Origin: Lytechinus pictus
Taxonomy: Eukaryota
NCBI RefSeq assembly: GCF_037042905.1
Contig: NC_087252.1
Coordinates: 14,262,001-14,326,000, forward strand
Length of the DNA stretch: 64,000 nucleotides
Reading direction: 5' to 3'
The notes beneath the pieces were generated by a model. That model worked only from the letters and a program-made list of their open reading frames with translations, had not been told where the DNA came from and made no database searches. Shown one piece after another: positions 14,003 through 26,812 of the stretch (positions within the stretch are counted from its first letter, which is position 1; each line of letters starts with the position of its first letter). A program made the translations under genes and the position numbers.

Positions 14003-14066
14003 TCAACTTCCTTGACTCTGAAACAGTTCTGAACCTCCTATACCAAAGCTTATGACATCTGGTACC
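14003..14066 (-). CDS. ZNF511: ZNF511-like zinc-finger protein, last coding exon
   Basis: Acceptor tttacAG; (R)VPDVISFGIGGSELFQSQGS* with TGA at 14003-14005. Resembles the ZNF511 C-terminal P..I.FG.G motif; phase matches the preceding exon. Confidence 0.8.
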
Positions 14067-14429
14067 CTGTAAACCAAACAATTATCACACCAATAAAGAG
14101 CTTTGTATTCATCAATCACATGAAAGGGTTACTCCCGCATGAAAATTATATTATTTGAAATGATAAAGTAAAGTCAGACAAAAACAACACTGAATTTAAC
14201 ATAAATCGAAAAGGAATCAAAGATAACATTTTTCAATCCATCCAATCCAAAAGTCATTTGATTTGGCACATTTTCCTTTCAGTTACAAAGCACTGCACAC
14301 GCAATCCATGTTTGGGATTATTCAACACCACCGAATGATCAGCTTAGTCCATGAAATCCACTGTCCTCTAATAGCAAAATAGATGGCTTTCTTGAACTGG
14401 TCAACAGAGGAGGATACAAATTGCTGCTA

Positions 14430-14620
14430 TTATTACCCCAGCATTAGCTGTGCTGCGTATATAAGCACTCAAGCATTTGAGGAATCTTCCTGCTACCAAT
14501 TCACCTCACTTGGGTTGAGTGCAGCACAATGTGGGTAAATTTCTTGCTGAAGGAAAGCACGCCATGGCATGGAATTGAACCAACATCCCTTGGATTGAGA
14601 GAAAAGTCCATGATGCCCCC
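14430..14620 (-). mobile_element. Degenerate tRNA-derived SINE copy in the last intron
   Basis: tattacccc...cacctcacttgggttgagtgcagcacaatgtgggtaaatttcttgctgaagg aligns with 23265-23400. Confidence 0.65.
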
Positions 14621-14717
14621 ATTTCCAGAGATACCAAGTAAGAATTTTATAGTATAAACTGAGAATAAACATGTGCTAACTTCCTTGCGTCATGCCCATG
14701 ATATGATCATTGCTTAC

Positions 14718-14822
14718 CGAGTTTGAGGTGGACAGCAAATTCTGTTCTTCTTCTGGGCACCGGGATCTACATCTCTGCTTTCTTCAAGGCCTCCAGACAC
14801 ATCAACCACTCTTGAGTGTTGC
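14718..14822 (-). CDS. ZNF511: ZNF511-like, coding exon 4
   Basis: AG and GTAAG boundaries, 105 bp. Only the phase-compatible frame is open: (R)QHSRVVDVSGGLEESRDVDPGAQKKNRICCPPQT(R). Confidence 0.7.
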
Positions 14823-15775
14823 CTATATGTATTAGAAGCACAACAAGAAATCATTCCTGCAAACAGTATTAGTGTAGTTTGTCAAGTTTTATGAGTGTCG
14901 CGTGAGGATAAATGCAGAAGATATTACAAGAGGGCATGGGAGTGGGTCAACGAGAAAGGGGTAGACAATCCACTTGGGTTTGAAGTTATAAAAATTGGAC
15001 TCTCGATTATGAAGAAGTTAAACAGTTAAAACCAACAGGACAGAAATCACTGCAGCTGAGTAACTCACTAATCAACCCTTGTATATATGACCTGCCGGCA
15101 ACCCCACACCAATAAGTTGCCCAGAATTTTGAGAACTTTGATTGAGATCAAAACAGCAAATCCTAAACTTTTAAAATGATACATAACTTGTACGAACTGT
15201 TTAAGAACAACCCATTCAAGTACTCAATTACATGTAGAAGACATTCTGTGAGAGCTTCAAAGAATAAAGAGAAAAGAAAGTTTTAATTTTAGGGTTTACT
15301 CAAGCATGACATGTGCATACTGCAAGCAAGGTAAAACATATAAGCAGTCCAGCAAAAATGGTGTCAAAGAAAACATTTTCTTTTATCTAATGTTTCAACC
15401 TCAAATTTTGACAGTAGGAAGAAGAAGAAGAAATACTCTTTCAGATAAGCCAATTTTCTAATTTTCACCTTTTTAACACCAAATACTGTTTAGACTATTT
15501 ACAAAGAAATTTCTCTGTTGACTTATTGTTGGTTATGGTGTGGGAAGTCACATACTATATTTCAGATTTCACAATGCTTGAAGACAAAGACTACTATTAA
15601 TAAGTAATAAAGGCAATGTCACAGCGTTCTGTGCAAGCCTTGCGTGTAACTATTTTTGCTATCTACAGGTCGCTTGTGTTGAAAATATTTGCACACAGAA
15701 AAATTTTGAACATGCTCAAAACTTTGTTGCGAGTGAGTTGCACAGAACAATGTGACAGGTTCTTAAGATTGTTAC

Positions 15776-15885
15776 CTCCTATCAAAGGAGAAGTTTGCTG
15801 GGTATCCATGGCAACTGGTCAGATGACCGAGCCTGTCCCGTGCATCATTGAATCGATCGTTGCATCTTTCCTCAAGGCAGCGGTA
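15776..15885 (-). CDS. ZNF511: ZNF511-like, coding exon 3 (third zinc finger)
   Basis: cAG|YRCLEERCNDRFNDARDRLGHLTSCHGYPANFSFDR|GTAAC; parallels the ZNF511 motif Y.CL...C...F.....R..H....H.YP..F.FD. Confidence 0.9.
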
Positions 15886-16256
15886 CTGGGGGTAGTGGGA
15901 ATGGTGAAAATGAATTATCAAAGGTTCTGTGCCATCAAAGGCCAAGTTGATCGCTATGGATGCGCAGTGCTAAATATCACTCATATACGTCACAATTGAA
16001 AAAATTTAAATAAGTTTTGTAGATTTTTAAAACATCTTTTGAGGTTATTTTCCAATTTGCCAAGCTCCATCCCTAAAAAGAGTTCAGATCTCATTCTCTT
16101 GTGTACTGACCTATCACTGATTCAATTCTATATAACCTAGGTACGTGCAATATCACGTCTTTTTACTGCATATAGGTATGAAGAACTGATGACTTTTGTA
16201 ACTACATGTACCACTCATCATAATAAAAAGGTAACAATTTATGTTCATAAACATAC

Positions 16257-16455
16257 CATTGGTTGCTGTTGTGAAAGCAGTGAGAAAAAGCTGTCGTGAC
16301 TCTCCGCGAGGTGGATTTCCAGTAGGTGGTTCGTCGGATAGAAACGCTGACAGTAACGACATATGAAGCGGTGACAAACGTTATAGTGGTCTTCGTAATC
16401 CTCTACACTTGCGAAAGCCTGATTACAGCCATGCACATGGCATTCACATCCATCA
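16257..16455 (-). CDS. ZNF511: ZNF511-like, coding exon 2 (zinc fingers 1-2)
   Basis: ctctccacAG|...CHVHGCNQAFASVEDYEDHYNVCHRFICRYCQRFYPTNHLLEIHLAESHDSFFSLLSQQQPM|GTATG; ZNF511-type signature including HDS.F. Confidence 0.92.
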
Positions 16456-17019
16456 CTGTGGAGAGAGATATGCATTGAATAGAAGACAAAAATAATGAAA
16501 AGAACACAACATTATAAAAAATGGATCATGTTTCAAGGTTCACACCTCATCTTCAGCATAAAATCATAAAACAGAGTCACTGGTATTTATATCTTGGATC
16601 GGGAAAAATTTACAAGAATACAAAGGTATGTGGGACTTTATTTAGGATGAAGATGAGGTTTGAACCTTGAAATATGTTCCCTTTATCAAAATGTCATTTT
16701 CTTTTCATTAGTTTTTGTCAAGTTGATATTGTGTTGGTTTAGCAAGTGTGCGCCTAACAGGCTGCTTAAGATGCTATGAATCCAGTGACTGGGTGATAAT
16801 AATTGTGAAGCGCTTTGAGCAGACGTAGATTGAAAAAGCGCTATATAAATGCCAATTATTATTATTAGTTATTTTGGAAACACTGAATAGACTTATGTAT
16901 TGACGACTTTTGACGTCGTCAAGCCATCATCTTAGAGGCAGAAGCTGTTGCCTTGCATGCTTTGGTGATATGCAGCTGGTGCATCTTTGACACACTTACA
17001 CATGTATAGATACAGGGTA

Positions 17020-18490
17020 GTGGGAGTTGCGTGACAGCTGAAGTTAGTCACTGTTTTGTCCTTTTTAGTTTATTTTTTCCTGTTTTGGTGCAATTCAGGC
17101 CAAAACAGAATAATAATCTTTATTTAGTTCTTTGTATATATTTTAATAAAATAAAGACAAAAATCTGAGCCCCGTCGGGGGGATTTTACATTGTTAACCC
17201 CCTAATGGCCGCTGCATGATCGCTAGCCGTCTGTGTACGAGCAGAAAAAAAAAAAAATAATTAACTTCCGAAACAGATGGCTGCCAGTTGTCTATGTTTA
17301 TGTATACTTTATGTTACAAGTTTAAAGTCCCTGGACTGCTCCCTCCCTCCTTCCCCACCAATAAAACAATGCTACATTCTTCCACATTACCAACGTGACC
17401 CTGTACCAAATGTTTTGTCATGATTAGAATAGCATCTTTTAAATTAGACCAAAAGCTTCGGTCTCTGTTATGTTGGTTGTTCAGCTGAACTCCGTTGGCT
17501 TCACTCACCAAATACAGAGACCGAAGTTCTAGCGCGATCTGTACAGGGGACTCAATGGCCATATGTTTATGTACTTAAGATTGGATAAAACGGGGAAGTG
17601 AATTTGCGCGACAGCTGAGGTAAGTCACTGTTTTTGTTCCTTTTAACTTGATTTTTCTCCGTTTTTTGGCAATTAATGACAAGAGGGAATATTAATTTGC
17701 ATTTTGGTCGCATTAATTTTCAAAATTTTTATTCATTAAAGGAGAATGAAACCCTTGAAACCAGCTGAATCCATATCAAAGAGAAAAATCAAAGAAACAT
17801 ATTGTTGAAAGTTTGAGGAAGATTGAATGAATAATAAGAAAGTTATGAGCATTCGAATATTGAGATCACTAGTGCCATGTAGATCCTCCCAACGGCAATG
17901 CGACCAAGATCTGTGATATCACACACGTACAACTCCCTCATTACTTAAGTACTTATTTCACTTATATTCTCACTTGTATAGAGTCTATCACAAGGTGAGT
18001 TGTTCTCTTTATGAGATGACAAGTACAGAGGTTTCACAACATTATATCATTGATGAATCGTTTAATTGTCATATGATTAGAATGAGCAAAAAGAGATGTT
18101 TTGGGGTATATTTTCAGTGTCCAAATGGGAGAGTTGTACGTGTGTGACATCACAGATCTTGGTCGCATTGCCAATGAGAGGATCTCCATAGCATTAGTGA
18201 TCTCGACATTCAAATGCTCATAACTCTTTTATTGCTAGTCCTATTTTACTCAAAGTTTTGTTGATCTTATTCTTTGATTTTTCTGCTTTCACAAAAGCTA
18301 ACTTGCTCCAAGAGTTTCATTCTCCTTTAAAGACAAAAATTGAAGAGCCCCGACGGGGGGATTTTGCATTGCAAGTCCCCTAATGGTGGCTGCACGCTAG
18401 CGAGCCGTCTGTGTACGAGGAGAAATAAAAAATAAAAAATGTTAAAAAACTCCTCGAAACAGACGGCTGCCAGCTGTCTACTTTTAAATA
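17020..18490. repeat. Two diverged direct copies of an ~290-bp intronic repeat (17020-17310; 17600-18490), the second split by a MITE
   Basis: Shared gacagctga..gtcactgtttt, gagccccg.cggggggatttt and gaaacaga.ggctgccag segments. Confidence 0.65.
17740..18326. mobile_element. Kolobok-type palindromic MITE
   Basis: TTAA|AGGAGAATGAAAC ... GTTTCATTCTCCT|TTAA with long imperfect inverted arms. Confidence 0.85.
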
Positions 18491-18734
18491 TACTTAATTA
18501 ATCTGCGTAAATGGGTAAAGACAGAGCTCTGACTTGTGGTTATGTGCCTTATTGAAAATCGTTTTAATTACAAGGCATGATTTTTTCATTATGGGTCTAT
18601 AGCTATGGGAAATAAAGACTCTTACTCACAACTGTTGTTTTAGCTTATACAGCACACATCATTCAGCAGGGAATACCTAGCTGTGCGCACATGTAGTCTC
18701 CTTCACATAATTATTGAAAAGGTTCTTAACTCAC

Positions 18735-18910
18735 CTAACAGATTCTTGTTCATTCTCCAAACTGACCATCCGTCTCATCGCATTGCTAGACCCGTAACTC
18801 CCATCAAAGGCAGGCTCTGAAATGTGACTTTCATCATTCGACATGCAGTGCTTGGACTGAGTCTGAGGATGAATGACCCTCTGGTCAGGAGATCTCTCTC
18901 GCTTCAGCAT
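18735..18910 (-). CDS. ZNF511: ZNF511-like, first identified coding exon
   Basis: gtcAG|ATG LKRERSPDQ...ENEQESV AG|GTGAG; 176 bp, open, and phase 2 joins exon 2 in frame. Total CDS 654 nt = 217 aa plus stop. Confidence 0.7.
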
Positions 18911-20299
18911 CTGACATTAATTTGAAATTAAATTATTATTGCCATTTTCACAGTAACCTTCAATGCAAACCCTAATAGTTACATGTAGGGCCTAGGTGCT
19001 AGTTTGAGAGAACCATATCTTAGAAGATCTCTTTGGCAAAATCGTGATATATAGTAGGCGGCAAGTAGTAAGAATTCCAAAAATTTTCTGTAGAATCTGA
19101 TTTTTTGTGCTTATCTCCCTATTTTTAGGGTGCTGAATACGAATCTGCTTGTTGCCAAATTTATAAATGCCGTCTTCGACCGTTGCCATGGCAACGGATT
19201 AATTTCTCAAAAATAGCATGTATTCCCCTGTAAATGGTAGATAAACATGATATAAATTAGCCAATAGATTGATTTCAAGGTTCCAATTAAATACAAATGA
19301 AATTCAAAAATATTTAAGACCATCAAATTGGTTCCAATTGGCCCGTTGCTATGGTAACGGCTCATTTTTCCTCCAGAAAAGTAAAAATTTTTATTTAAAG
19401 TTGTAGAATCTGTTTTTTGTTTCATTTTCCCTTCGTTTAGGGTGTTAAACATAGGAGTGGTTTTTGCTAAATGTATAAATACACTCTCATTCCATTGCCA
19501 TGGCAACCAAATAATACATAATTTGGTAAAAAAAAGAAGAAATAACATGGTAAAAAAAGACAATGGAGAGAAATACAATAAAAGTGACCTACATGTAAAC
19601 TACATGCGATAGGTTTTTCCCACTCATTTAGAACAAAAACTACAGTAAGTGTTATGCATGAGTTTATTGGAATGATAGGAATTGATGTTGCCTTGAGAAT
19701 GCTTGAATTTAAAGATAAAAATCAATATTGCAAATGGCCCGTTGCCATGGTAACATCTTATTTTTCTCAGAAAAGAACAAATTTTGATAAAAACATAAAG
19801 TCACATTTTTTTCGTTCATTTCCGCTAAGTTTAGGTTGCTAAAAATAAATATGCTATGTAAGTACCATCTCAGACCATTGCCATGGCAACCACATACCAA
19901 CTTATTTGGTAAAAAATAACATGTTGAAAAAGGTAATGGTGGGATGTACAGTAAAAACGAACTAATCTACATGACCAAAACCAAAAACAAAACCAAAATT
20001 ACGTAATTATTCTGCATGAATTAATTAGGATAAAAATTGATGTTCCCTTGGCAACGCTTGATTTTATTAATAAATATCAATGTTGCAAATTACCTGTTGT
20101 CATGGTAACGGCTAATTTTACACCAGAAAAAGTTTTAATAAAAATATGTAGAGTCCGATTTTTCTTTCATTTCCACCAAAGTATACACGTACATGTAGGT
20201 TGCTTAACATTGATATTCTTGTTGATGCTGCTTGGTAGTGGTTAATTAATTCAATTATATCAATGTTGCAAATGGCCTGATGCCGTGGTAAACATCACT

Positions 20300-22160
20300 C
20301 CTCGCAAAGTTCCCTTCTGCAGACTTTCAACCTGAAGAAAGTAAACTGTGAGCAGTTTGCCATAGATCTGGATACATATCTTCAGAACCTCCCTGCACTC
20401 CCTACTCATTACGACACATTTTTAGAACTGCTGAAGAAATCATCAAGGAAGAATATTCCACAAGAATGCCGTACAAGCTATACTAAGGGCCGGCAGAAAC
20501 ACCAGATTTGGATCCTTGGGAATGACTCTACAAAGTCCCAATCTAGGCCCCAAGTTACCGCCGGCCAAGTGGCCAACCAGCTTCTAGTGAACAGCCAAGG
20601 TAACCCTCATAATCACCCGCGAAGATCCATCCTAAAAGTGTGCGGACAGCCTGCCAAGAGTCATCTGAGTTCACAAGACCTTTCAGCATGAACGACTTGT
20701 GCAATGCTGTCAAAGCAATGAAGATCAGCAAGGCAGCTGGATTGGATGATGTCCTCGATCTGTGAGCAGATGAAACATCTTGGACCTGTTTCACTCCAAT
20801 GGCTGCTTGACATACTAAACTACTGTCTGAGTGAAAGCACAATGCCAAAATTATGGAGGAAATCAAGGGTAGTTGCCTTACTCAAGCCAGGCAAAAAAAC
20901 CAGCCAACGCAAAGAGCTACCGGCCCATATCTCTGCTTTGTCACACATACAAGACCTTTGAAAGGCTCCTACTCAACCACATTGCTCCCTTGGTGGATGA
21001 GCTCCTCATTACAGAACAGGCAGGATTTAGGCCAGGAAAGTCCTGTACTAGTCAACTGCTAAATCTGGCACAGTACATTGAAGATAGTGGTTTCGAGAAA
21101 GGGTTGATAACTGGAGCAGCCTTTGTTGACCTCATTGCAACTTATGACACAATCATCAAATACTCACAAGGAAAGTCTTTGAGATGACAAAGGAAGGCTT
21201 AAGCTGACACAGATGATTCAGAGCATGCTCTCAAATCAGCAGTTTTCGTGAATCTCAGTGGTTCCAGTAGCAGATGGCTGACACACAAAAGGTCTCCCAC
21301 AAGGAAGCATCACCGTCCCACTCTTTAGCATCTACACAAATGACCAATCCACCAAATAATGAGAGCTACCTGTACGCTGATGACAGTTGCATTGCTTCAC
21401 AGAAACATTCCTTTGAAAAGATGAAAAAGCACTCAGCAATGCTCTGGTAGGCCTGACTCCTTACTACGCTGCAAATCATCTCTGTGCAAATCCAGAAAAA
21501 ACCAAACTCGGTGCTTTTCACCTAAAAAACAGAGATGCAGACCAATAACTAAGGTTCAGATGGTATAGAAAATGGTTGGAACACACCAGTAAGCCAATCT
21601 ACCTAACATCACCCTAGACAGTTCCCTTACCTACAAAAACCATGTTTCCAAGACAAAGGCTAAAGTTGGAGCAAGGAACAGCATCCTGAAGAAGCTTGCC
21701 AACATAAAATGGGAACAGATGCCAAAACCATCCGTGCGACAGCTCTTGCTCTATGCTACTAGACTGCTGAGTATGCAGTCCCCATCCGTTTTAGGTCATC
21801 ACATGCTGCAAAGATTGATGCAGACCTGAATGCTGCTTGCAGAGCAATTACTGGCTGCGACAAAACAAGAGCAGATGATCTCTACCTACTGTGTGGTATT
21901 GCCCATCCGCACATCAGAAGATAGGTGTCAGCAGAGGTGGAAAAAAAACAAGCAAGAAGATCACCCTCTTCATCCACTCTTTAACTATGAACCTGCCAAA
22001 AAAAAAACTCAAAACAAGATGTAGCTTCCTTCATTCGACTGAATCCCTTGATGGCTCTGCTCACAAAGGGTCACCCTATGGTCCAACCATCTACAGTCTG
22101 TGATGCACAAGCTCTCATATGGACCTATCAAATCACTTCCTAGGTTCAAGTGAGGAATGT
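20300..22160 (+). mobile_element. Decayed non-LTR retrotransposon reverse transcriptase, Ingi/Vingi-like
   Basis: KAAGLDD, WRKSRVVALLKPGK, SYRPISLLCHTYKTFERL, QAGFRPGKSCTSQ, AAFVDL, YADD (~21373), AKTIRATALALCY.TAEYA; many frameshifts. Confidence 0.85.
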
Positions 22161-23229
22161 GGAGTGTAAAGATCTGTTTTTGATCATTTGTGCTCTAATA
22201 AATTTTATTAAAAAATAGCCAGTATGCCAATTTTTCTAAGGGTTTATGAAATTAGGGAGAATTCAGCTAGAGACCATTTTGAGAATATTTTGGGCCATTT
22301 GGCCTAGTAATCTGACAGAAATATTGATTAAGGGGTAAAGTTTTTAAGAGATTGACATGTGACATCTATTTGCTGGATTTAATTACCCCGAACTTCAAAC
22401 TCCAAGGTAGCTGCCAATTTAAGGGTCACAAATTTCTATATTTTAAAGCTTAAGGTTAATGGGATAAAATTAATTTGCCAATTACACTCATGTATAATGT
22501 GTTTCTGGACAATTAATTGTATGAAGAAAAATTGACCATGAAATTCGTATAAAAACTTTGAAATGGCTGCCGGAAACCATTTTTTAGAAAGAAATTTTGG
22601 GTGGATTTTGCTATAAAGCTGATAAAAATATTATAAAGAATGAGTTTGATAGGGGAAAAGGAAATCGAAATCTTAAGTCTATTTGATGAGTTGAAGTGAT
22701 CTTGACCTCCTGAACAGAGATTGACTATAGTATAATTAAAATATCCAGAGTGGCTGCTGGTGGCCAGTTTGAAAAAAAAGGAATTTGGATTGATTTGTGC
22801 TATAAATGAGCTTTTTAAAATAGCAACATGGGGATTTTTGAGGTTAGATAATAGTCACTACAGCACATTCAGAATCGAGCAGTCGGTACCATTTCAACGG
22901 CCAGAAAGTATGATCATGTGTTTCCTTTGTTCAAAGAGATTCACTTGGTACTGGTCAAAAACAGAATTATAGAAAAAATTGCTTTGTTTACTTGTCCATT
23001 AATAACCTGACACAATACATATCAGGCTGGGTTTTTGTTTACAGACCCTTTTCTAACCCCAACTTAGGTCAACAGTGCATAAGTTTCACTGGTCCCAATA
23101 TTCAAAATCCGTTTATGTCCTTCTGTACAATTGTGTTTTAAAGCTTACAAACCTATGAATTTTGTTTTAGCACCCACTTTATGTATTGAAAGCACTTGAA
23201 AAGTAGAATTATTCATTTTTATAATAATA

Positions 23230-23473
23230 AATAAAATAATATAGGATTTGTATAGTGCTCCTATATTACCCCGGCTAAGCTAGACTACCGCATCCGGTGC
23301 TCACAGCTTTTTAAGGACTTACTTCCTGCAGGTACCCATTTACCTCACCTGGCTTGAGTGCAGCACAATATGGATAAATTTCTTACTGAAGGAAAACACA
23401 CCCTGGCTGGGAATCAGCTCATATCCCTCAGATTAAAATAAAGAGTCTTAACCACTAGACCACGACGCCCCCA
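23230..23473 (-). mobile_element. Near full-length tRNA-derived SINE
   Basis: Minus-strand head ggggcgtcgTGGTCTAGTGGttaagactc (pol III A-box), degenerate B-box, core gtaaatgggtacc and AT-rich tail; two other copies in the window. Confidence 0.75.
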
Positions 23474-24552
23474 CAAATATATTGGAAAGTGCTTTGAGCA
23501 TGTTTACATGAAGAAGTGCTATAAATGTTAAAATGTATGTATTTATTTTAATAGAAAGCTGTTCAAGATAATTTAACTCCAAAGTTTATTTGGCAAATTG
23601 ACATAATCCTGGCCTCCTCCTATAAAGATATAACTGACCTTTTGAGAAAACAAAGGTAAAATTCTTCCATCTTTTAATGTAGACTCAATGTGGGACTTTC
23701 ATGAAAAACCCATTTATTTAATACGAGAATCCTAAGGGTTTTTTAACTTCAATAGACCCTTGACCTTCACCTAGTGACATGATATCTAATTATATTGAAA
23801 ATTAATAAACCTAAGTAAAGTTTTTGATGTTGATACCACAGTACAGTCAAAGTTCATTGACCATAACTTTAACCTGAAACTCATGCACAATGATGTGATA
23901 GTTGAATACCTTCATGTCCAACTTTCCTGAAATAGATTTATATACGCACTCTCAAAGGTTTGCCTTTTCAGAAACTTGATGAGATTCAATGATGATAATA
24001 CAACATGGTCAAATTTTGGTGATCGTAAAATACCTCAGACCTTGATGATATGACCTGAAACTTGTGCAATATGATTAATTATATTTAATGATTACCCAAT
24101 GTTTTGTTGAAATTTCATAATATAGATCCATATATTTCCAAAATTATGAAAATATTTCTAAGTTTACTTTTTCAAAATGGACACCACCTGCCAATTTGGT
24201 TATGGCAATAATCTAAGATAATCTCAGATTAGGAGGTCAAGACCATGTCACCTCCTGAAAGATTTAAAATTGTCACTCATCAAGTGTATGCCCCCCCCCC
24301 CCGTATTATTATATTTAATACTTTTAAGCGCAAATCACCCAAAATCACTATACTCAAAATGACTATCTGCGGTCATTTTGGAGTTAAAATACTGGATTTC
24401 ATGCAGAATAAGTACCATTTTTCTTCAAAAAATGTCCAGCATTAAAATGAGTGTAATTGGATAATTTATTTGAGTACATGTTATGTGGATTGGATTTAAT
24501 TCTAAATTGAAAATGGCCCGGGAGAGTATTTTTACATTAACAAGCATATGTA

Positions 24553-25199
24553 CAATTGAGGCCAGAAGTTAACATACACCCAGGATTTTTTTTTAAAGTT
24601 GACACTCGCCAAACATCATAAAATCTACTGAATCTTATAAAATATTTGTGCTATCATGACAAATTTGATATCAAACAAATGAGTATGTCATGCCCCTTCA
24701 TCACATTGCTTTGTCATCAGGAGCTAAAAAATATTTAGTTGTCATTTTTCCCAAAAAAATCTTCATATTTTAGACAATTTAAAAATAAAAACTTGACAAA
24801 AAAATTTCATATTTGTGCTAGTTACTTCTCAACACAAACATTTCAGATCACACTTTTTGTTCAGTGGTGACATATTGTGAAAGAAAAAGTTTAAATATAA
24901 ATCATAGATTTTACATTTATATATTTCTATGAAACGATGTTTGAAAATATAATAACAAACAATAGAATACATTTTATACGAATATTACTATTTTTCTTTA
25001 AAAAAATTTCACCTGAAATTTACTTTAATCCCAGCGGCATCCTAATCATGTGAAAGAGCTTAATATGCTCTTTCATTTGACACCAAATTTGTCATGGTAG
25101 TACTTATATTTCTGAAGATGTAGTAAATTTTAGGACGTTTGGCAAACGAACAAATTTCACTGAATTCCATGGGTGTATGTAAACTTTTGGCCTCAACTG
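24553..25199. mobile_element. Non-autonomous Tc1/mariner element
   Basis: TA|CAATTGAGGCCAGAAGTTAACATACACCC ... GGGTGTATGTAAACTTTTGGCCTCAACTG; TIR resembles the Sleeping Beauty-type CAGTTGAAGTCGGAAGTTTACATACAC. Confidence 0.8.
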
Positions 25200-26360
25200 G
25201 ATGTTGAGCACCCTAAAATTAGGGGAAATAAAAGGAAAATTTGAAGTTGTTTGTAACTTTGTAATTTTCTGCGAAAAATAAGATGTTACCATGGCAATGG
25301 GAGGTTTGCGACATTCATATTTATATTTATAATAAATGCAAGTGTTACCAAGGCAACAGCAATTCTTTTCTCTCTAATTAACTCATGCAGACCACTTTAA
25401 TACTGTATTTTTTGTTCAATATTTAATGGTTCCAACCTTACGCATGTAGATTGTGATTTTCATGGTATTTTCCACCATTATCTCCCCCCATGTTATTTGG
25501 TTGCCATGGTAATGGCCTAAGATGGTATTTATACATTTAGCAACAAGCACATATAGATCTAGCATCATATAATTAGGGGAAATGAAAGAAAATTCAGATT
25601 TTACAATATTTTTTATCAAATGTACACTTTTCTGAGAAAAAAATAAGCTGTTACCATGGCAACGGCCAATTTGCAATATTGATATTTATCTTTAAATTCA
25701 AGCATTGTCAAGGCAACATCAATTCCTATCATTCCAATAAACTCATGCATAACACTTACTGTAGTTTTTGTAGTAAATGAGTTGGAAAAACCCAACGCAT
25801 GTAGATTACATGTAGGTCGCTTTTATTGTATTTCTCTCCATTGTCTTTTTTTACCATGTTATTTCTTCTTTTTTTACCAAATTAGGTATTATTTGGTTGC
25901 CATGGCAATAGAATGAGAGTGTATTTATACATTTAGCAAAAATCACTCCTATGTTTAACACCCTAAACGCAGGGAAAATGAAACAAAAAACAGATTCTAC
26001 AACTTTAAATCAAAATTTTTACTTTTCTGGAAGAAAAATGAGCCGTTACCATGGCAACGGGCCGATTGGAACCATTTTGATGATCTAAAATATTTTGAAT
26101 TTTATTTGTATTTAATTGGAACCTTGAACTCAATCTATTGGCTAATTTATATCATGTTTATCTACCATTTACAGGGGAATACATGCTATTTTTGAGAAAT
26201 TAATCCGTTGCCATGGCAACGGTAGAAGACGGCATTTATAAATTTGGCAACAAGCAGATTCGTATTCAGCACCCTAAAAATAGGGGAAATAGCTCAAAAA
26301 ATCAGATTCTACAGAAAATTTTTGGTTACCTTAAATATTATGACGAGGAGCTGTGTACTA

Positions 26361-26812
26361 ATAGGCCCCGCTCGAGAAAAACATGTAATCGATCATACCT
26401 CAATATCTAGGTTGCTAACTTCAGCTCACTATATACTCGTGATATAGGCCCCGCTCATAGAGATGTACATACTAATTACGCTAGAGTGCGGAGTCGCCAT
26501 AGGCGCGCGTACTTAACGTCTGTGATTGCTCGGAGCGTGGTCGGCCATTGCTCGATAGGTCTTGATTTGCAAAAGTACCCGGATGTATAGGCCCCGCTCG
26601 AGAAAAAACATGTAATCGATCATACCTCAATATCTAGGTTGCTAACTTCAGCTCACTATATACTCGTGATATAGGCCCCGCTCATAGAGATGTATACTAA
26701 TTACGCTAGAGTGCGGAGTCGCCATAGGCGCGCGTACTTAACGTCTGTGATTGCTCGGAGCGTGGTCGGCCATTGCTCGATAGGTCTTGATTTGCAAAAG
26801 TACCCGGATGTA
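26361..26812. repeat. Near-identical 226-bp tandem duplication carrying four ATAGGCCCCGCTC motifs
   Basis: 26361-26586 repeats at 26587-26812; the first ~95 bp is the reverse complement of 46681-46790. Confidence 0.9.

Larger units (their letters stand above)
19072..26330. mobile_element. 7.3-kb non-autonomous DNA transposon with long internally repetitive TIRs (Kolobok-like ends)
   Basis: 19078-19770 is the near reverse complement of 25640-26325, giving the mirrored ORFs MATVEDGIYKFGNKQ... Further ~300-bp subrepeats lie inward. Right end GGTTACC|TTAA; left end degenerate. Confidence 0.8.

Noticed and set aside
15616..15999. 127-aa plus-strand ORF
   Set aside because: Antisense shadow of ZNF511-like exon 3.
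23400..23473. tRNA gene
   Set aside because: An A-box is present but there is no intact cloverleaf, and it continues into a SINE body found in three copies.
18992..26410. Twin ORFs MATVEDGIYKFGNKQIRIQHPKNR as duplicated genes
   Set aside because: They are mirror images produced by the transposon TIRs; no recognisable domain.
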